Shown in pieces: positions 26,389 to 35,350 of a DNA stretch of 64,000 bases. The notes beneath the pieces were generated by a model that did not search any database, was not told where the DNA came from, and saw nothing but the letters and a program-made list of their open reading frames with translations. The stretch covers positions 80,599 through 144,598 of the forward strand of contig JAGYKJ010000003.1 in assembly GCA_018401755.1 (NCBI GenBank), read 5' to 3'. Source of the stretch: Litorivicinus sp. GTDB lineage: Bacteria > Pseudomonadota > Gammaproteobacteria > Pseudomonadales > Litorivicinaceae. Each line of letters opens with the position of its first letter. Within the stretch, counting starts at the first letter, position 1. The position numbers and the translations under genes were made by a program.

Positions 26389-28804
26389 ACCCCCGTAGGC
26401 ACTTTGCCAAACGTTTGACCACGGACTCTGATGACAGTCGAGTGCTCAGGCGATCGTGGACCAATGGCAACGACAGCGGCGTGGGTTGTCCCGGCGAGGT
26501 CCAACGAACAGGCGTATGGTGAAGACGCTCAAGCAGTGTGGTGAGTCGCGGCAGATCAAAGCTGGTTTGGAAAACGTCGCGTCGCGCTTGTTGTAACAAG
26601 AGGTGATCAGGGTCATAGAGATTGAGTACGTCGAATAAAATACCCGCTGAACTTTGTAACATACGCACGGACTTTCGTTGGTGGGGGTAGCCTTCAAACA
26701 GCAGTCCCGCAATCCGTGCGACACCACGAAACTCACGGCGCATTAACTCTGCAAGATTCACAGCCTCAGCCAGATCTTGCACCATGTGATCAGGCGAGAA
26801 GAGTGCATTTGGGGTGTCCTGCAATGGCTGGAATGCCTTTGGATCATCACTGAGTAGCTCAATTCCATAATCATTGACTGTGACTGTATAGGTCGCTTCC
26901 TGGATCCGGCTGAGTCGATAGGCAAGGAGTGGTCCTAAGGCCTGATGCACAAGCCAGCCGGCAAACGGAAAGCAGATGCAATGCACGCCGTCGCGGGTCT
27001 CAAATGTTTCGACCAACAAGTGATCCGAATCCACCTCAACACCAAAACGGTTAAGCACAATTTGCGTCTCCTGAATCATCTGGTCAAGCTGTTGATGATT
27101 TTGAATACAGGGTGCTGAGGGGCGAGGCCGCGCCAATCGCTCCACCACATGATGCGCGAGCGTTTGACTCATTGGTAATCGACCGCCTGTCCAACGCGGC
27201 ACTTCAGACGCATTTCCACGGGCTGCCTTGACCCACAGTTCTCCGTCGCGGAGACGAACACATTGCAGCACTCGGCCCGCAAACCGGAAGCAGTCCCCTG
27301 GCTTTAAACGGGTTGCAAAGGATTCCTCAACTTCTCCTAAGACCGCCCCCCGCTGGACCCGTACGCGCATGCTGGCATGCGCGACGATGGTCCCGATACT
27401 CATTCGATGTCGACGCGCAATTCCAGGAGTTGCCACTTGAACATACTGGTCATCACGCACCACCAGCCGTTGATAATCGGGGTACTGATTCAGATGCGTT
27501 GAGCCGTATTGCAAGGCTTGCAGCACGGCAGCAAAGGCCTCGCGAGTGAGCTCGGCGTAGGCGGCCACGGACGTGATTTCTGCATAGGTCGTGTCAGGAA
27601 GCCAAGGTGCTTGCAGCGCCAGAGTGACCAAGTGTTGCATCAGCACGTCGAGATGGCCCTCTGCCGGTTGCACTGGCTCGAGTGCATGGGCGCTTAGCGC
27701 GTCAGCGAGTGCTTGGTATTCGTTCAAATGCAACCGATGTGTCGGCACAAGAGTGGCGCTCAAGGGCTCACCTGGACGATGCTTGGCACGGCCCGCGCGT
27801 TGGATCAGACGGGAGACTGCACGAGGCGAGCCGATTTGAATGACAGCCTCGACAGCAGGATAATCCACCCCCAAATCCAGTGCACTGGTCGCGACCACGA
27901 CATCAAGCGTGCCTTCTTTGAGTCCTGCCTCGACCACCTCTCGACGACTGTGATCCAGTGATCCATGATGCAGCTCGACCCGCAGGTCACTGCGAATGAT
28001 CGCCAGTGCTTGATACCATTGTTCGGCTTGATTGCGGGTGTTGGTGAAGATCAGGGTGGTTTGTTCAGGCCGTAATTGGGCGCTCACCGATTCCAGAAGA
28101 CTCAGTCCCATCTGCCCAGCCCATGGTAACCGTTCGTTATCGGCTGGCAACAGCACGTGCAGTTGGATGGGGCGCTGTTGAGATGGATGAACTAAGACAC
28201 CTTCGCAGCCCACTGGAATTAATGCCCTGAGCGCGTGCTCTGGGTCGGCAATGGTTGCTGAACAACCGGTGATGCGTAGTTGGGGCGCCAAACGACGGAG
28301 TCGGGCGATCGCCAGTAGGCATTGCGTCCCTCGCTTGCTGGCAATCAGGTCATGCCATTCATCCACAACCACCTGCTCGACCGTCGCAAAGATATCCACT
28401 GACTTTGGTGAGGCGAGTAGTTGGCTTAAGGATTCTGGGGTTGTAATCAACAGGGCTGGTGGCTTTCGAATGATGGCTGCGCGTTCAGACGCTCGGGTGT
28501 CCCCTGTCCGCACAGCAACCCGATGCTGCGTGTCTGCGAGTGGGGCAATCAAGGCTTTTTCGAGATCGCGCGACAGCGCTCTTAGCGGCGTGATGTAGAT
28601 GAGACGAACCCCCTTCGCGGGCGCCTGGCGTAAGAGTTGATTGAGCATCATTCCCGTTGCTGCCAGCGTCTTGCCACTTCCGGTCGGACTGACAATGAGT
28701 TGATGGCATCCGGCCATCGTGTTGTTCCAGGCGGCGTGCTGTAGGTCGCTCGGTGTATACCCTTGCGATCGCATCCAGGTCTCAATCTGGGTCCAATCGC
28801 TCAT
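26372..28804 (-). CDS. lhr: ligase-associated DEXH-box helicase (Lhr-core type)
   Basis: Walker A SPTGSGKT, DEWH box (VVVDEWHDL) and SAT motif (CSATIA). 810 aa, with the C-terminal winged-helix/beta-barrel region typical of Lhr-core. Confidence 0.9.
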   Translation of the reverse strand: MSDWTQIETWMRSQGYTPSDLQHAAWNNTMAGCHQLIVSPTGSGKTLAATGMMLNQLLRQAPAKGVRLIYITPLRALSRDLEKALIAPLADTQHRVAVRTGDTRASERAAIIRKPPALLITTPESLSQLLASPKSVDIFATVEQVVVDEWHDLIASKRGTQCLLAIARLRRLAPQLRITGCSATIADPEHALRALIPVGCEGVLVHPSQQRPIQLHVLLPADNERLPWAGQMGLSLLESVSAQLRPEQTTLIFTNTRNQAEQWYQALAIIRSDLRVELHHGSLDHSRREVVEAGLKEGTLDVVVATSALDLGVDYPAVEAVIQIGSPRAVSRLIQRAGRAKHRPGEPLSATLVPTHRLHLNEYQALADALSAHALEPVQPAEGHLDVLMQHLVTLALQAPWLPDTTYAEITSVAAYAELTREAFAAVLQALQYGSTHLNQYPDYQRLVVRDDQYVQVATPGIARRHRMSIGTIVAHASMRVRVQRGAVLGEVEESFATRLKPGDCFRFAGRVLQCVRLRDGELWVKAARGNASEVPRWTGGRLPMSQTLAHHVVERLARPRPSAPCIQNHQQLDQMIQETQIVLNRFGVEVDSDHLLVETFETRDGVHCICFPFAGWLVHQALGPLLAYRLSRIQEATYTVTVNDYGIELLSDDPKAFQPLQDTPNALFSPDHMVQDLAEAVNLAELMRREFRGVARIAGLLFEGYPHQRKSVRMLQSSAGILFDVLNLYDPDHLLLQQARRDVFQTSFDLPRLTTLLERLHHTPVRWTSPGQPTPLSLPLVHDRLSTRLSSESVVKRLAKCLRGFDDNP

Positions 28805-30366
28805 CGGCGTGCCTTGAGTAGGGCGTGAAAATGGGGCAATTGATCGGCATCGTCTAGGCCAAGGTCTGTGCGAAGTCTGAGGATTCTTGGAAAGCGAAGT
28901 GCGATACCGCTTTTGTGCCGACGCGAGGCTGCAATCCCTTCAAAGGCAATTTCAAAGACGAGTCGCGGTTCCACCTGGCGGACTGGTCCAAAACTTTCGA
29001 TTGTATGCTGCCGAATCCATCGGTCGATCTTGGTTAACTCCGTATCAGTCAGTCCAGAGTAGGCTTTGGCAACGGTGATCCAGTCACCGGATTCACCCCG
29101 AATCCCGAAAGTGTAGTCAGTGTACAGGCGCGCACGACGGCCATGGCCGGCCTGCGCGTAGAGAAGTACGACATCCGCGGTCATTGGGTCGAGCTTCCAT
29201 TTCCACCACAGGCCATGTTGACGTCCACCGTGATAGAGCCCGTTTCGCGCTTTGAGCATCAGCCCCTCCGCACCGACGGTTGCGGCTTCAGACCGAGTTC
29301 TCTCGACTGCTTCCCAGGATGCTGCTGTGAGAGCCGGTGATTGATCCACAGTGAGCGTCGTAAGGATCGCCCGGCGCTCCGAAAGAGGGTTGTTGCGATA
29401 GTCGATGCCGTCTAACCGAAGCAGATCGTATGCGCGAAATTGAACAGGATGACTGTGTTGCAGCGCCACCGAGACGCGCTTCCGATTCAGACGCGTTTGT
29501 AAGGCTTGAAAGGGAGCTGGCTGTCCGTCTTGGATCACCAGCAACTCACCATCGAGAAGGCAGTTTTCAGGGAGTGCAATACTGGCCGCGACGACGTCAG
29601 GAAACTGATGCGTTATATCTTGTTCTCCACGCGACCAGAGTCGCGTCACACCCTGTGCGCGAATGAGCTGGCAGCGGATACCATCCCATTTATATTCAAC
29701 AATGTAGTCGGCAATGTCTCGGGTGCCTGCATGGTCGGCTTGCCACCCCTGAGCCAGGCAAAACGGCACGGGACTGCGCTGTCGCTCCTCGGGCGACACC
29801 GGCTGACTGAATCGCGACAGCCAGGCTCCGTCGGCAGACCAATCATCGATCAGGCGCTCGGCGATGACCGATGCGGATTGGCCGGTGACGGTGGCCAATG
29901 CTTGGGTCACCAATCCCTGGCTGACCCCGAGTCGCCAGCCGCCGGTCCAAAGTTTCAGAAAGGTCCAGTTGCTCAGCGCGGTGCACTTGGCTAATTGCGC
30001 GATGAGTGCTTGGCTGGGTGATCCAGCCGCCTGGATCGCGACAATTTCATCAAGCCATTGACTGATGCACGGCGTTGTCCGATCAAGGATTGCATCGGGG
30101 TCATTGATCAGTAGTGATAGAGTTTCTGCAAGGTCACCGACCGCGGCATATGCGGCTTCAAATAGTGTCTCATCGCCGAGGTACTCAATCCCTGTTTGCC
30201 GAAGTAATGCGCGGTGACCCTTCAGCGTGCGATGTCCGAGCAGATGGGCACACCCTAACGCGACTTCAACCGGATCACCCTGTTGGATGAACTCAACTAA
30301 ACTGTCGTGCTTGGCTGTCGTTTTGGTTGTTTGATCCAACGCAGCGATCAGTGCCACAAAATTCAT
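28801..30366 (-). CDS. ATP-dependent DNA ligase
   Basis: Adenylation motif I, EYKWDGIRCQL (KxDG), with a downstream nucleotidyltransferase and OB-fold layout. 521 aa. It overlaps both neighbours by 4 nt. Confidence 0.9.
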   Translation of the reverse strand: MNFVALIAALDQTTKTTAKHDSLVEFIQQGDPVEVALGCAHLLGHRTLKGHRALLRQTGIEYLGDETLFEAAYAAVGDLAETLSLLINDPDAILDRTTPCISQWLDEIVAIQAAGSPSQALIAQLAKCTALSNWTFLKLWTGGWRLGVSQGLVTQALATVTGQSASVIAERLIDDWSADGAWLSRFSQPVSPEERQRSPVPFCLAQGWQADHAGTRDIADYIVEYKWDGIRCQLIRAQGVTRLWSRGEQDITHQFPDVVAASIALPENCLLDGELLVIQDGQPAPFQALQTRLNRKRVSVALQHSHPVQFRAYDLLRLDGIDYRNNPLSERRAILTTLTVDQSPALTAASWEAVERTRSEAATVGAEGLMLKARNGLYHGGRQHGLWWKWKLDPMTADVVLLYAQAGHGRRARLYTDYTFGIRGESGDWITVAKAYSGLTDTELTKIDRWIRQHTIESFGPVRQVEPRLVFEIAFEGIAASRRHKSGIALRFPRILRLRTDLGLDDADQLPHFHALLKARR

Positions 30367-31379
30367 GCGTGATCCTCGTCTTGACCGTATCCCGTCGCCA
30401 AACGAGCCGCCTGAATACCCTGGCGGTTGAGATAATCGGTGAGCACGCGAGTTTCACCATGGGTCGCGAGCACGCGGGACGCTCCGGTCTCCTGAACAGT
30501 TCGCAGCAGTCCATCCCAATCGGCATGATCGCTGATCACAAATCCACGTGGGAGTGCGCGACGTCGCCGTACCCCTCGAATTTGCATCCAGCCGGATGCC
30601 ATCGCCTCATCCAACGCTTTAAACTGGGTGAGTAGGTGTCCACCCTGCGCCCCTGGAGGGGCTAAAATTAAGGAACCTGGCGCGGGTTTTGGGTGTTTGA
30701 CCAGAGGTTGCCATGGACACAGCGACACCCCTTGTGATTCGTATGCGGGAATCAGCTGGGCGATAGTCGGATGCACGATCACATCTCGCGAAGAGCGAAG
30801 CGCGAGTTCCGCCATAATGCGCTGTGCCTTTCCCAGGGCATAGCAATAGAGCACAGGTTGCCGCTGCTTACGGACTGCTTGATCCCACCATTGCAGTACC
30901 TCTGCCATGACCTGATCCATGGATGGCCAACGATAGATGGGTAAGGCAAAGGTCGCTTCAGTGATTAGCACATCGCACGCAATGGGCTCAAAGCGTGCAC
31001 AGCTGGGATCGTCGATTCGCTTATAGTCCCCTGTGACCACCCATACCTGCTCACCATCAGTAATCCGAATCTGGGCTGAGCCCAAGACATGCCCTGCGGG
31101 AACAAACTGACACGTGATTGGCCCGAACTTGACCGGTTGATGGGCTTCATGGCTGGTGAGCAATGGTGGTCGAACGCGCTGTGTGAGTAATTCTGAGCCA
31201 CTGGATAAACAATGATAGTGGGCAGAGCCCGGCCGCGCATGGTCGGCGTGTGCGTGGGTAATAAGGGCGGTCTGTACTGGACGCCAGGGATCGATATAGA
31301 CATCGGCCTGAGGGCAATACAAACCCTCTCGGGTGACGATCACGAGAGGGTCACGGTCGGCACTGTTTTTCGTTACCAT
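30363..31379 (-). CDS. ligase-associated DNA damage response exonuclease (metallo-beta-lactamase / beta-CASP fold)
   Basis: MBL motif THAHADHARPG. The 338 aa from MVTKNSADRDPLVIVTREGLYCP match the expected size. The 61-codon extension in the ORF track would run into the divergent patatin gene. Confidence 0.85.
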   Translation of the reverse strand: MVTKNSADRDPLVIVTREGLYCPQADVYIDPWRPVQTALITHAHADHARPGSAHYHCLSSGSELLTQRVRPPLLTSHEAHQPVKFGPITCQFVPAGHVLGSAQIRITDGEQVWVVTGDYKRIDDPSCARFEPIACDVLITEATFALPIYRWPSMDQVMAEVLQWWDQAVRKQRQPVLYCYALGKAQRIMAELALRSSRDVIVHPTIAQLIPAYESQGVSLCPWQPLVKHPKPAPGSLILAPPGAQGGHLLTQFKALDEAMASGWMQIRGVRRRRALPRGFVISDHADWDGLLRTVQETGASRVLATHGETRVLTDYLNRQGIQAARLATGYGQDEDHA

Positions 31380-31404
31380 GGGACTTTCTATCAGGTAGCT
31401 GTCT

Positions 31405-33612
31405 ATGTATCGACAAGTCCGTGTCGCGAGTTGCATCCTCTGCCTCGCTAGTGTCTCTTTTTCTGCACTGGCGCGCGAGCCTATTGGCTTGGTGCTATCA
31501 GGCGGTGGCGCACGAGGCTTTGCACATGTGGCCGTCTTGGAAGCGCTCGAGACCCATCGCATTCCGGTTGACTACATCGCGGGGACCTCGATGGGGGCTG
31601 TGGTCGGTGCGCTGTATGCATCTGGATTGAGTGCGGCCGAAGTGCGCGACCAGCTGCTGGCCATGGATTGGTCAGGAATCTTGACTGATGTGACCGAGCG
31701 CGATGAGCGCAGCTTTCGTAATAAATCGTTCGAAGGCCGCAATTATCTGGGGCTTGATATTGGTGTGTCGACTGATGGTCTGAAGTTGCCTTTGGCGGCT
31801 TTGAAGGGTCAAAAACTGGCGTTGGTGCTCAATGGATTGACCCTGGAAACTGTTGCACTCAACGACTTTGATCGATTTCCAATCCCATTTCGGGCTGTCA
31901 CAACAGATCTCGCTACCGGCGAAGCCAGAGTGTTACGGCAAGGGTCTTTAGCCACTGCGCTACGCGCCAGTATGGCGGTGCCGGTGGTGTTTTCGCCTGT
32001 GGAGATTGAGGGTCGCCTGTACGTCGATGGCGGCGTTGCCAATAACCTTCCTATGAACGTTGCGCGTGATATGGGCGCAAAGCGCTTAATCGTGGTGGAT
32101 ACCTCGAGTCAAAAGTACAGTACGGCGCAATTAACCTCTGTGGTAACAGTGGTCGATCAGTTGACGAACCTGCTGACGCAGCGCAATACCGAGGCGCAAT
32201 TGGCCACGCTGACAGAAGCGGACGTGCTGTTCGAGATCTTTCCGGAAAACGTCGGGACAGCTGATTTTAATAAAGTCGAAGAAGCCCTCGCGGCCGGGCG
32301 GCAAGAGGTCTTGCGACAGTCCGATCGCCTGGCGAGATTTTCGGTCGATGAAGCGACCTATCAGGCCTGGTCTGCGCAGCATTTAGCGCCTCGAGACAGG
32401 CCTGATATCGCGTTTGTCGAAGTCAAAAGTGATGCACCGCGGACGTCGAGTAAAGTGATCGCAAACCGCCTGTCGATTCGGCCAGGTCAGCCCTTAGATG
32501 AACGACAACTGAAGGCCGATCTTGAGCAGATTTATGCCTTAGAAACGATTGATCGCGTGGAAGTGGGTTTGCGTGAGACAGACGCGGGTGTTGGCTTGAC
32601 GCTTGAGACCCGGGAAAAAGCGTGGGGTCCAGATTATTTGGATGTTGGTTTTACCCTTGAAGACAGTCTCGATGGGCGATCTGCCTACAATCTGCATGGT
32701 GTACTGCGAGTGACCAACATCAATCCGCTCGGCGGTGAGTGGCGAACTGAAGCGACCCTTGGAAGTCGCACCCGGATTCATACGGAGCTTTACCAACCGG
32801 TGAATTATGGCTCGGATTGGTTTGCATCTGCTGTGATTCGCTTCATGAGCGAGGAACGCGCGCTGTACGATGCAGGTGACATGACTGCGCTGTATCAATC
32901 TGAAATCCGCGAGTTTGGCTTCGATGGCGGTTACAGCCTCGATACGCGTGGTGAATTACGGGTCGGGTTTCGACAGAGTTCGACGGAGAATACGGTTCGT
33001 CTTGGGGTCGACTCCTTGGCCGCAGAGGTCGATGATTCAAGATACTTTGTCCAAGCGGGCTATGACACCTTAGACAGCTTTGGATTCCCGACTAGTGGGT
33101 TGCGGTTACTCGGCGAATACGCAATCCATGACGCGAAGTTGGGTGCGACCCGTCAATACGATGGCATTACCTTGGATCTCCTCTATCCCTTCTGGAGTCG
33201 GGGGCGCACCACGCTCGTGGGACAGGCCTATTTTGGCTATCTGTTTGAATCGGCTGTGACGGACGTCAACGCGCGCTATAGTTTGGGTGGGTTCACACGG
33301 TTATCTGGGTTTAGCCCAGACGAGATTTCAGGCCGTCATGCCGGTCTGATTTCGTTCATTGGTTATCAGCGTCTCAATGATCCTGTTGTGTTTCCTGTCG
33401 ATCAACCGGTTTATGTTGGCGCCTCGCTCGAGGCCGGAAACGTCTTTCAGGATCGTGAAGACATCGTCTGGCGGAATGTGTTGAGTGGTGGATCGATCTT
33501 TATTGGCGCCGATACAGTATTGGGGCCTGGCTATTTGTCTTTTGGGCGCACTGAGGGTGGCCGTCAATCGGTGACCCTATCGGTCGGCCGTCCATTTGCA
33601 GAACATGATTAA
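31405..33612 (+). CDS. patatin-like phospholipase with a POTRA and Omp85-type beta-barrel (PlpD-like, type Vd autotransporter)
   Basis: Signal peptide, oxyanion GGGARG, lipase serine GTSMGA and catalytic DGG (YVDGGVANN). A ~400-aa C-terminal region is rich in alternating aromatic/Gly beta-strand pattern. Confidence 0.85.
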   Translation: MYRQVRVASCILCLASVSFSALAREPIGLVLSGGGARGFAHVAVLEALETHRIPVDYIAGTSMGAVVGALYASGLSAAEVRDQLLAMDWSGILTDVTERDERSFRNKSFEGRNYLGLDIGVSTDGLKLPLAALKGQKLALVLNGLTLETVALNDFDRFPIPFRAVTTDLATGEARVLRQGSLATALRASMAVPVVFSPVEIEGRLYVDGGVANNLPMNVARDMGAKRLIVVDTSSQKYSTAQLTSVVTVVDQLTNLLTQRNTEAQLATLTEADVLFEIFPENVGTADFNKVEEALAAGRQEVLRQSDRLARFSVDEATYQAWSAQHLAPRDRPDIAFVEVKSDAPRTSSKVIANRLSIRPGQPLDERQLKADLEQIYALETIDRVEVGLRETDAGVGLTLETREKAWGPDYLDVGFTLEDSLDGRSAYNLHGVLRVTNINPLGGEWRTEATLGSRTRIHTELYQPVNYGSDWFASAVIRFMSEERALYDAGDMTALYQSEIREFGFDGGYSLDTRGELRVGFRQSSTENTVRLGVDSLAAEVDDSRYFVQAGYDTLDSFGFPTSGLRLLGEYAIHDAKLGATRQYDGITLDLLYPFWSRGRTTLVGQAYFGYLFESAVTDVNARYSLGGFTRLSGFSPDEISGRHAGLISFIGYQRLNDPVVFPVDQPVYVGASLEAGNVFQDREDIVWRNVLSGGSIFIGADTVLGPGYLSFGRTEGGRQSVTLSVGRPFAEHD

Positions 33613-33659
33613 TGATGGCGTACCTTGTACGGGTGAGCCAATGACGTCTTGGAGGATCC

Positions 33660-34148
33660 ATGCGATTTGTACGTTTTTTTGAGTCTCCCAGTTCCGCAGA
33701 GCAGAGTCTTCGCTTGATCGCTGATTTCCAACATTTAAAAGCATGGGATGAGTCGGTTGTTGAGGTGGAGCCACTGCAGGAGACGTTTGGACTGGGCGCT
33801 GCCTATCGGGTGTTGGTCAATTTCAATGGACGAATGATTCCGATGCGTTACGAAGTCACCTCCTACGTGCCTGGACATTCAGCTGTGTTGCGTGGGGTGG
33901 CAGATAAAGCAACGGCCATCGATCGCATCGAGGTAACACCAAATGCCACGGGTTGTCAGGTCCGCTATGACGCTGAGATTCGCATGGCCTTCCCGTATTC
34001 GCTGTTCGATTGGGTGATGGCGTTGGGGTTTAAGACCACGGTTGATCGCGCCGTGGCTGGTTTATCCCGCTTTTTGACCGCGCATCACGGCCTTGGCGAT
34101 GAGGCTGCTGAACCAGCGGTCAGGCAGAATCTTGCGGGCAGTGAGTAA
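33660..34148 (+). CDS. SRPBCC-superfamily (polyketide cyclase/START-like) protein
   Basis: 162 aa with the typical N-terminus FESPSSAEQSLRLIADFQHLKAWD. This is weak motif-level recognition only. Confidence 0.55.
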   Translation: MRFVRFFESPSSAEQSLRLIADFQHLKAWDESVVEVEPLQETFGLGAAYRVLVNFNGRMIPMRYEVTSYVPGHSAVLRGVADKATAIDRIEVTPNATGCQVRYDAEIRMAFPYSLFDWVMALGFKTTVDRAVAGLSRFLTAHHGLGDEAAEPAVRQNLAGSE

Positions 34149-34883
34149 GGTTCCTGCATGTTTACCCGCAGCAAACCGCAGTTGATCTGATGTGGACTCC
34201 AATGCGCTCTTCATCACCTGTCCAATCACTGCAGGCGGTGTTGCTGTTGTTCCGCTCTTCATGGCATTAGAGAGCCACTGTAACCCCTGTGTATGAATCG
34301 GATCATCGGTGCCAGACGTTTGCATGCCATGCGTTGCAAACTGTGTTTGCGTAAATCCTGGTTCAATAATGCGGACCCGAATGCCACTGCCGATGCATTC
34401 ATACCACAGGGCTTCATAGACCGCTTCTAAGGCATGCTTGGTGGCGTTGTAGTACCCGAAATACGGAAAGGCCATGCGCCCACCGATTGATGTCACCACC
34501 ATCAGCGTTCCCTGCTGGTAGGTTCGGAAATGTGCCATGGCATGCTGGGTAATGGCGATGGTTGCGAAAAAATTTGCCTCAAATTGGTCGCGTACCGCAT
34601 CCATGGCTGCACTCTCAATCGGCGCAATCAGCCCATAGCCTGCGTTATTCACCACGGCATCGAGTGGTGTCTCCCAAATTGGATGGTCAAGCAGCTCAGT
34701 CACGCTATCAGGATCATTGAGATCGAGGGCAAGCCATTGCAGATTGGTGCGCGCTACTTGCTGTTCTGGCTTACGGGTTGTCGCGATGACGGTCTCCCCA
34801 GATGCGAGTAGGGCGTCGACGAGTGCTGCCCCAATCCCACTTGAGCCTCCAGTGACAAGGACTCGCCTGTGCTTAGAGACCAC
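34062..34883 (-). CDS. short-chain dehydrogenase/reductase
   Basis: VLVTGGSSGIGAAL (TGxxxGxG), NNAG, and catalytic YNATKHA (YxxxK). Confidence 0.85.
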   Translation of the reverse strand: MVSKHRRVLVTGGSSGIGAALVDALLASGETVIATTRKPEQQVARTNLQWLALDLNDPDSVTELLDHPIWETPLDAVVNNAGYGLIAPIESAAMDAVRDQFEANFFATIAITQHAMAHFRTYQQGTLMVVTSIGGRMAFPYFGYYNATKHALEAVYEALWYECIGSGIRVRIIEPGFTQTQFATHGMQTSGTDDPIHTQGLQWLSNAMKSGTTATPPAVIGQVMKSALESTSDQLRFAAGKHAGTLLTARKILPDRWFSSLIAKAVMRGQKAG

Positions 34884-35349
34884 AGTGACTGACTCCGCGT
34901 TTGTCTAGATAATCCTGGTGGTAGTCTTCTGCCGCATAAAAGGGCGCGATCGGTTCGATTCGAGTGGCGATTGGGCGACTGTAAAAGCCAGACCCGTTTA
35001 AGGATGCGATCTTTTGCTCGCTTGTGAGGCGTTGTAGGTCATTGGTCGGGAATACGGCAGATCGGTACTGCGATCCAATATCGGGCCCTTGACGATTCAC
35101 CTGGGTAGGATCATGCCACTCAAAGAAGCAGGATAATAACGTCGGATAATCGATCTCAGTTGGATCATAGGTGACTTCGACAGCCTCCGCGTGGCCTGTG
35201 GTATCGCTGCACACTTCGCGATAAGTGGGGTCTTGTGTATGGCCCCCCATATATCCAGCGCGCGTCGCATGCACGCCGGGCAGTCGCGAAAACCGTTGCT
35301 GGACGCCCCAAAAACAGCCAGCGGCAAAATAGGCATGCTCCATGATCAC
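34873..35349 (-). CDS. msrA: peptide-methionine (S)-S-oxide reductase
   Basis: The active-site motif AAGCFWGVQ near the N-terminus. 158 aa. Confidence 0.93.
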   Translation of the reverse strand: MIMEHAYFAAGCFWGVQQRFSRLPGVHATRAGYMGGHTQDPTYREVCSDTTGHAEAVEVTYDPTEIDYPTLLSCFFEWHDPTQVNRQGPDIGSQYRSAVFPTNDLQRLTSEQKIASLNGSGFYSRPIATRIEPIAPFYAAEDYHQDYLDKRGVSHCGL

Positions 35350-35350
35350 C

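Noticed and set aside
31380-31460. Search for a LexA SOS box (CTGT-N8-ACAG) upstream of the ligase-associated repair operon
   Set aside because: The only near match is CTGT-N10-ACAA (around 31399-31416). Its spacing and right arm do not fit the consensus.
31380-31562. N-terminal extensions in the ORF track: exonuclease to 31562, crtI to 1917, murJ from 39894, phnK from 16188, phnN from 18893, phnP from 19408, and the HD gene from 12720
   Set aside because: In each case the extension overlaps the neighbouring gene and lacks family-typical sequence. An internal ATG (often with an RBS or a stop/start overlap) gives the expected protein N-terminus and length.
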